Shown: positions 36,155 to 64,000 of the stretch, in pieces
Layout of the letters: each line of letters opens with the position of its first letter
Numbering within the stretch: the stretch's first letter is position 1
Source of the DNA: Hormiphora californensis
Lineage: Eukaryota; Animalia; Ctenophora
Reading direction: 5' to 3'
NCBI GenBank assembly: GCA_020137815.1
Contig: CM035360.1
Span: 6,510,001-6,574,000, forward strand
Length of the DNA stretch: 64,000 bases
Program-made: the position numbers and the translations under genes
Notes under the pieces: generated by a model
The model's database searches: none
What the model was told of the DNA's origin: nothing
The model's input: the letters and a program-made list of their open reading frames with translations, nothing else

Positions 36155-37755
36155 ACGGGCGCCGTTACGATCTGGGCGTTTGGTGGCCTGTTTACAGGTG
36201 TGCGCTTCCAAAAAAGTTGATTCACCTAAATATAATAATAATAATAATAATATCGAATATTTATATCCCGCTATCATGCGTTAAATATGCTAGTTCACTA
36301 CTCGTTTAAACTAGAACTTAAAGATATACTTAAAGAACACCGAGATTATCGTTAAAACTAACACCGCGTCTATAGCGGCCTTCTCATAGCCAGAGGAATG
36401 CCATTCAAGCTAATTTTGATCAAGAAATAATAATAAAGAGAGAAGATTTAGTCCGAGGAAAAAAGTATAAAAAATACGTTATGGTATAAAAAAGAAGAAA
36501 GATAGATGATTGTGATTTGAATATTGTTAACTAGTAAGAATTAGGGTGGAGTCATGATTGAAATAGTGTGTGGGGAGTGAAATAAGTTGAAAAAGTTCAT
36601 CGAAGTGGATGATGTGGAAAGGCAGTGACTAAGGTTGGACAAAATTGATACAAAAAAAAAAGAAAGAAAAGTGAGTGATAACAGCTGGGTGGCTTGAGTC
36701 AGATTGAATAATACAGATTACTTTTGATTAAAAATAATAAGTTAATTGGGTGATTAAAATAATAAATTAGTGGATTAAGAATATTTTTATCATAAAAATA
36801 AATTATAATAAGTTGTAGTAAAATAAAGTGATGTGCTGTGATTAAATTGTGTGTGTGTGGGCTTGTCTTTACGGATCTTGTCTTGTCTTTTCTTTAGCTA
36901 AAAGTTAGTCAACTCAGGACCCATAGACAAAGATGTATTATCGGCAGGATGGGTTTAAAATCTTGGCCTTCGCTTTACGTGGTTGAGTCACTGTGTTCGT
37001 ACCACTGTTACTATCTGGATAAGCGACGGTGAAAAGATGAGTTTTCAACATTTGCTTGAAAGTTTCAAGAGATGATGCTTCTCTTAGGATTTTAGGTAGT
37101 TTGTTCCAAATCTTAGGTCCGCATACACTGAACGCTTTCTGAGTGGTAAGATATTTTGTATCATGGCGTTTTTCCACTAGGGTTAGGTCATCATCAAGAC
37201 GAACTTTTCTGGCCTTCGGCTGTCTGCGTATAATCATGTCTGACAGATACTCAGGCACAAGTCCATGTATACATTTATAGACCAGGAGGCAGACTTTGAA
37301 AACGATTCTTTGCTCGACCGGAAGGAAATGAAGTTTCTTCCTCATTTCAGTAACTCCTCGCTTTCCTTTCGATCCATAGATAAATCTAGTGGCACTGTTT
37401 TGCACTTTTTGTAGTCGTTGCAAATCCCGTTTTGAAAGTCCAACGAGTAGTCCGTTACCAAAATCTAGCCTTGAGTGAACAAGTTGATGTACAAGTTGAG
37501 TCTTTAGCTGTACAGTGAGTCCTTTCCTGATCCTCCATAGATTTGCCAGCTGGCTCCAACACGACTGGATAACTCGGGACACATGGGATGACATTGAGAA
37601 GGTTTGGTCAAATAGCCCTAACCGCCAAACCACTCAACCGTTTTGGCTAACTCAAAGTTTATCTGGTAGGAAATGTCAACCCTACTTTAGCCCTAGCCCC
37701 TAATCCTAAAAACGTCTGTCAGCTCTCACCAAACACCCAGATTTTGACTCTGGCC
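36155..37755. mobile_element. Copy of a small TIR element, split by a LINE insertion (halves 36155-36232 and 37610-37755)
   Basis: Both halves align to the uninterrupted copy at 55488-55738. AAATA flanks the LINE on both sides (36228-36232 and 37610-37614). Confidence 0.85.
36231..37609 (-). mobile_element. 5'-truncated LINE (L2/CR1-clade) with an open ORF2 C-terminus, long 3' UTR and (ATT)n tail
   Basis: The ORF at 36938 to about 37609 reads LVHSRLDFGN, LQKVQNSATR, LHFLPVEQRIVFK and WNKLP..FKQMLKTHLF. The tail, (AAT)n on the + strand, is at 36231-36252 and is preceded on the - strand by GCGGGATATAA. Confidence 0.9.
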
Positions 37756-38741
37756 CGGTCCGGCCGTGGAAATATTTTAATCGGGCGCTTGTCAGCGCAG
37801 AAAGATTCAAAATAAACTTAAAAATCAAGAAGTTAAGCGCGCCACTCTTTATATTTTGAATGCGCGGCGCAGTTTGGCAGTTAATAAATGTATTTTTCGC
37901 GTCGAACAAAATCCCTCGTTTGTTGATGTAGTTCTCTAAAGTCCAATTTTTTGCATCAAAATGCAGCGCTTGAAATCGATTTCCGGTTCCTGCTAAGCTA
38001 GCAACTTTTTCTTGGTGCCATTGGAAAGATAAAAATTTTATCTTTCCAACGCAACCAGGATGAAGTCTCTATCTCATCAGGAACCGAAGATATGACCAAT
38101 TAACCAATTGTGTGCACGGCGGCCTGTCGATTAAATAAAAAATTCGACTATAGATCTCTGACGGTATAACAAGTGTATTATTGTTTCAACCAGCAGATGG
38201 CACATGATAGAAGAGAAATTCGTTATTTAAAACTTCATAAAATAATAAACAATACAATAAATACAGATTCTTTAACCTGATAGTCTTTGTTCCCCCACAG
38301 GCACACACACCACACAGACAGGAACTACCTCTCAAACGGGGCCCCTGATAGGTAATGTGCAGGCAAGTGATATAGGGAAAATGAACACACACACGTTAAC
38401 ATTATCGAACACAACCAACGATATATATTTGAATCAATATCTTTGCTGTCAGAACACCCATCATATCAACCAAGAAGAGTGGGATCGGGAGTCACGCTGG
38501 TTTCACAAAATTTAACATCAAATGTACATAATAGTCCGTGTTAAAAAAGAGAGAGTCCACTGGGTAAATTAATTAACAGAGTCAATATTCAGGTCGGATA
38601 TGTGTATATCGACCCGATCCGAGCTTTTCGGTTAATTATTTGTGACAAGTGTGGCTCAGTATAGATTTCGTGGCGTGCAGCTTTTGGAAGGTACTGTCTT
38701 GTTATCAGCTCCTGAGAGTATCAGGCGCATCCGTGTCACTA

Positions 38742-54883
<16,142 letters not shown>

Positions 54884-55487
54884 GCTATAGAGGGAAACAA
54901 ACAGGGGGTTACTATCAGGAACACAGTGTATATGATTAAGGGAGCATAGCTGATTAGGCAGGCACGTGCTAGTAGTGCGGTCAAATCGGTTAATAGCAGC
55001 AACGTGTGAATATAGTGAAGTATGGAGATATTACGTTTCTTTTAATAAACTTTATTTGTAATATCATTACTATGTTAATATAATGCAATAATCTATCTCT
55101 CTCCCTCCCTCTACCTCTATTTGTCTATCTTTGACTTCACGATCGTTACAATTGTAGAAAATAGACCGCATAACAAATGGATATACACAGAGTTTGGAGG
55201 TAGTCTGGTAGCTGGAAAGCATTGCAAGGAACGCTCATCATCTCATTAGTGGCTAGAACTTTACCGTAAGCGGTCTTTAAACTGAAAATTAGCACAATTT
55301 CTGACGTCAAAACTAAGAATCTGGCATTGCTTACTAATTGATTCAAATCTATTAGATATCGGTACAGATAGATATTTCAATCTAATATACTAACTAATTA
55401 GCTGCACAGTGAGTATGGAGACGACACACAGTACAGACGGAGACAAACTGTGAACGGGACTTTTTAAAAAGTGAAAAACGAAGCTGA

Positions 55488-55738
55488 ACGGGCGCCGTTA
55501 CGATCTGGGTGTTTGGTGGCCTATTTACAGGTGCGCGCTGCCAAAAAAGTTGATTCACTAAAATGGCTCTAACCGCCAAACCACTCAACCGTTTTGGCTA
55601 ATTCAAAGTTTATCTGGTAGGAAATGTCAAGGCCTAACCCCAACCTAAACCCCAGCCCTAACCCTAACCCCACTTTAGCCCTAACCCTAAAAAACCGTTT
55701 GTCAGCACTCACCAAACACCCAGATTTTAACGCTGGCC
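55488..55738. mobile_element. Small non-autonomous TIR element with internal telomere-like (CCCTAA) repeats
   Basis: A perfect 16-bp inverted repeat, ATCTGGGTGTTTGGTG (55503-55518) / CACCAAACACCCAGAT (55710-55725), encloses a degenerate CCCTAA array at about 55633-55690. A second copy is at 36155-37755. Confidence 0.75.
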
Positions 55739-56385
55739 AAGCTGAACAAGCAAAGCTCTGAAAATCTAAAATTTCAGATAACCTCAATGACGCGACGCGC
55801 ACGTGAATTGAAACGCGGCGCGTAAGTTTATTTGCGCGTTATTCTGCGCTCAAACCTTAAAAGAACGGTTGTGCGCGCGAAGCATTAGAACTGTCTCACA
55901 GCGCGTTACCGCAAGGCACGATTTCATATCTTGTGACGTCCAACTTAGCGTCCCTTGCTCCCAGCAGCCGTACACACAGTACATACAACTCACCTCAACT
56001 CGGATCTTAGGGTAAAGGGTGGGAAGTTGTTGTTCTTAGAAATATCTGGGGTCAAATGGGCCTTCTTTCTTTTACAGAGCGGCGGGGTTTGTTTTGGTAG
56101 GCTTGCACTGTGAGTGTATTATAGTCTGTACATGATTGTAGACACAAGAGAGAGAGCTTGGTGGTAGAAAGTAAACACTGTGTATCTCTGTTGGGCATTC
56201 CGAAATGGACTTGGTGTAAAAACACAATGTAGATCTTATATTAATTCGCATTATTAAGTTTCTACTGAATTCACACAACTTTCTCTTCTCTCTCACTGCC
56301 CTTTGATTTAGGGGGCGTGCATCATGATACCACACACGTTCCTCTCTATAAATCATTTAAAAAATCTAACGATAAAGAATTCTGC

Positions 56386-56523
<138 letters not shown>

Positions 56524-57374
56524 GCTTTACATATTATTATTAACGAGCTAAATAAGTGAACACTATAAAAACTAAAAAGTTCTGATTTCACACAGAGTTA
56601 ACGAGAAGTAGTTGTATTGTTCATACTATATGCAACAGCACAACTGCACAAAGAAGTAGTTACTATAATAGAGTTTGCCTTGTTCGATCCTCTCTCTCAC
56701 CGTTTGAGGGTTAGAACATAACAAGTATGATGTGGGGCACATTACATATGCTACTCCCTAGAGATTGGTCAGCCACTCACACAGCTGTACCGAAACAAAT
56801 AAAAACTGTTGAAAAGAGAGAACATGACGTGCATCTCTCCCAGGGAGAGGGAGTGTTTCTCAAAGGAAGTTGATCTACCGAACCCTCACAGAGCGCACTC
56901 GTCATTTCGAAATAAAATGAGGGTGTGAGCCACACAAAAAGGGAGTACTCTCACAACAGCAGATATATGGACAAGCTACACCGTCCCTCGCTAACCACTA
57001 TGTACTGTTGTGATTTCTGCTAGGGACAGTGCAGATTGTCACAGCAGAGAGAGGGGCGAATATAATACATCTTGTCCTTGGACTTCTTCTGTTAACAAAA
57101 AACAGACAACCTTCAGCTTCACACTTTTATAGTAGCTTTCAATGTCTCATTATTATACATGTTTGTCTACACTTCCTGGGTTTTATATAATGTTCGTGGG
57201 GGCTTACACAATACACACACACTCAATATACACACAATCTCACACTCACACAATGTTAAAAGTTGAAGAACAAATCTGCGAAATATGTTTTCAATCTCTT
57301 AAAAATCACAACCCGATTTACACATGATACATCTGGACAACCTCACACTTTAATCAAAGAATCAGCAGCGATCT

Positions 57375-57495
<121 letters not shown>

Positions 57496-57508
57496 AAAAT
57501 GTCTCTGA

Positions 57509-63261
<5,753 letters not shown>

Positions 63262-63266
<5 letters not shown>

Positions 63267-63848
63267 CTGGGAGGGGGAGATTGGGTTGGAAAAGTGGGCC
63301 AACCTGGGAGGGGGATTTGGTTTGGAAAAGGGGCCAACCTGGGAGGGGGATTGGGTTTGGAAAAGGGGGCCAACATGGGAGGGGGATTGGGATTGGAAAA
63401 GGGGGCCAACATGGGAGGGGGATTGGATTTGGAAAAGGGGGCCAACATGGGAGGGGGATTTGGTTTGGAAAAGGGGGCCAACATGGGAGGGGGATTTGGT
63501 TTGGAAAAGGGGGCCAACATGGGAGGGGGATTGGGTTTGGAAAAGGGGGCCAACATGGGAGGGGGATTGGGTTTGGAAAAGGGGGCCAACATGGGAGGGG
63601 GATTGGGTTTGGAAAAGGGGCCAACATGGGAGGGGGATTGGGTTTGGAAAAGGGGGCCAACATGGGAGGGGGATTGGGTTTGGAAAAGGGGGCCAACATG
63701 GGAGGGGGATTGGGTTTGGAAAAGGGGGCCAACATGGGAGGGGATTGGGTTTGGAAAAGGGGGCCAACATGGGAGGGGGATTTGGTTTGGAAAAAGGGGG
63801 CCAACATGGGAGGGGGATTGGGTTTGGAAAAGGGGGCCAACATGGATT
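63262..63848. repeat. 36-bp minisatellite (about 16 copies) running into the splice acceptor of a kinase exon
   Basis: The unit is GGAAAAGGGGGCCAACATGGGAGGGGGATTGGGTTT. It explains the six overlapping 12-aa-periodic ORFs at 63102-63946. Confidence 0.95.
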
Positions 63849-64000
63849 ATGGAAGAGGGAATAGAAGGATGGGTACCATAGGGGACCGCCGACCGGGGCG
63901 AGGGGTCGCAATTCAAACCGACCGAATTGTAAAAGCTGAGAGCTAATTATGCACCGATTGTGTGTGTAATATGGGGATTGGGGGTGCGAGAAGAAACTAC

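Noticed and set aside
55633-55690. True telomere or chromosome-fusion relic
   Set aside because: The tract is short, degenerate and embedded in a dispersed TIR element present twice in the window.

Overview
This is intron-rich animal (eukaryotic) genomic DNA from a draft assembly. It has two 100-N gaps, abundant (AG)n/(CT)n microsatellites and some low-quality stretches. The compact introns and divergent genes suggest an invertebrate, possibly early-branching, but the taxon cannot be fixed from this window. Splicing exons by hand gives seven protein-coding genes: (1) a long-form TCP11-domain protein (+); (2) an LBP/BPI-family lipid-binding protein (-); (3) a matrix metalloproteinase with CUB-like domains instead of hemopexin and three +1 frameshifts in its pro-region (+); (4) a multi-EGF extracellular protein with a Calx-beta/Ig-like C-terminus (-); (5) a divergent eh1-bearing ANTP/NKL homeobox gene (+); (6) a type-I membrane receptor, signal peptide-ApeC-Sushi-(EGF)n-TM, with an NPxY/YxxL/PxxP/PDZ-type tail (-); (7) the kinase half of a Frk/Src42A-type tyrosine kinase (-). 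Mobile DNA includes three L2/CR1-type LINE 3' fragments with (ATT)n tails, a long-TIR element carrying a tRNA-Val-like Pol III cassette, a small TIR element with telomere-like repeats, and a Helentron/HINE-like element. The two most notable observations are the ApeC receptor with a phagocytic-receptor-like tail next to a Src-family kinase, and a recurring pattern of minisatellites built from the splice sites of the host genes. Most short ORFs in the supplied track are microsatellite or antisense artefacts.
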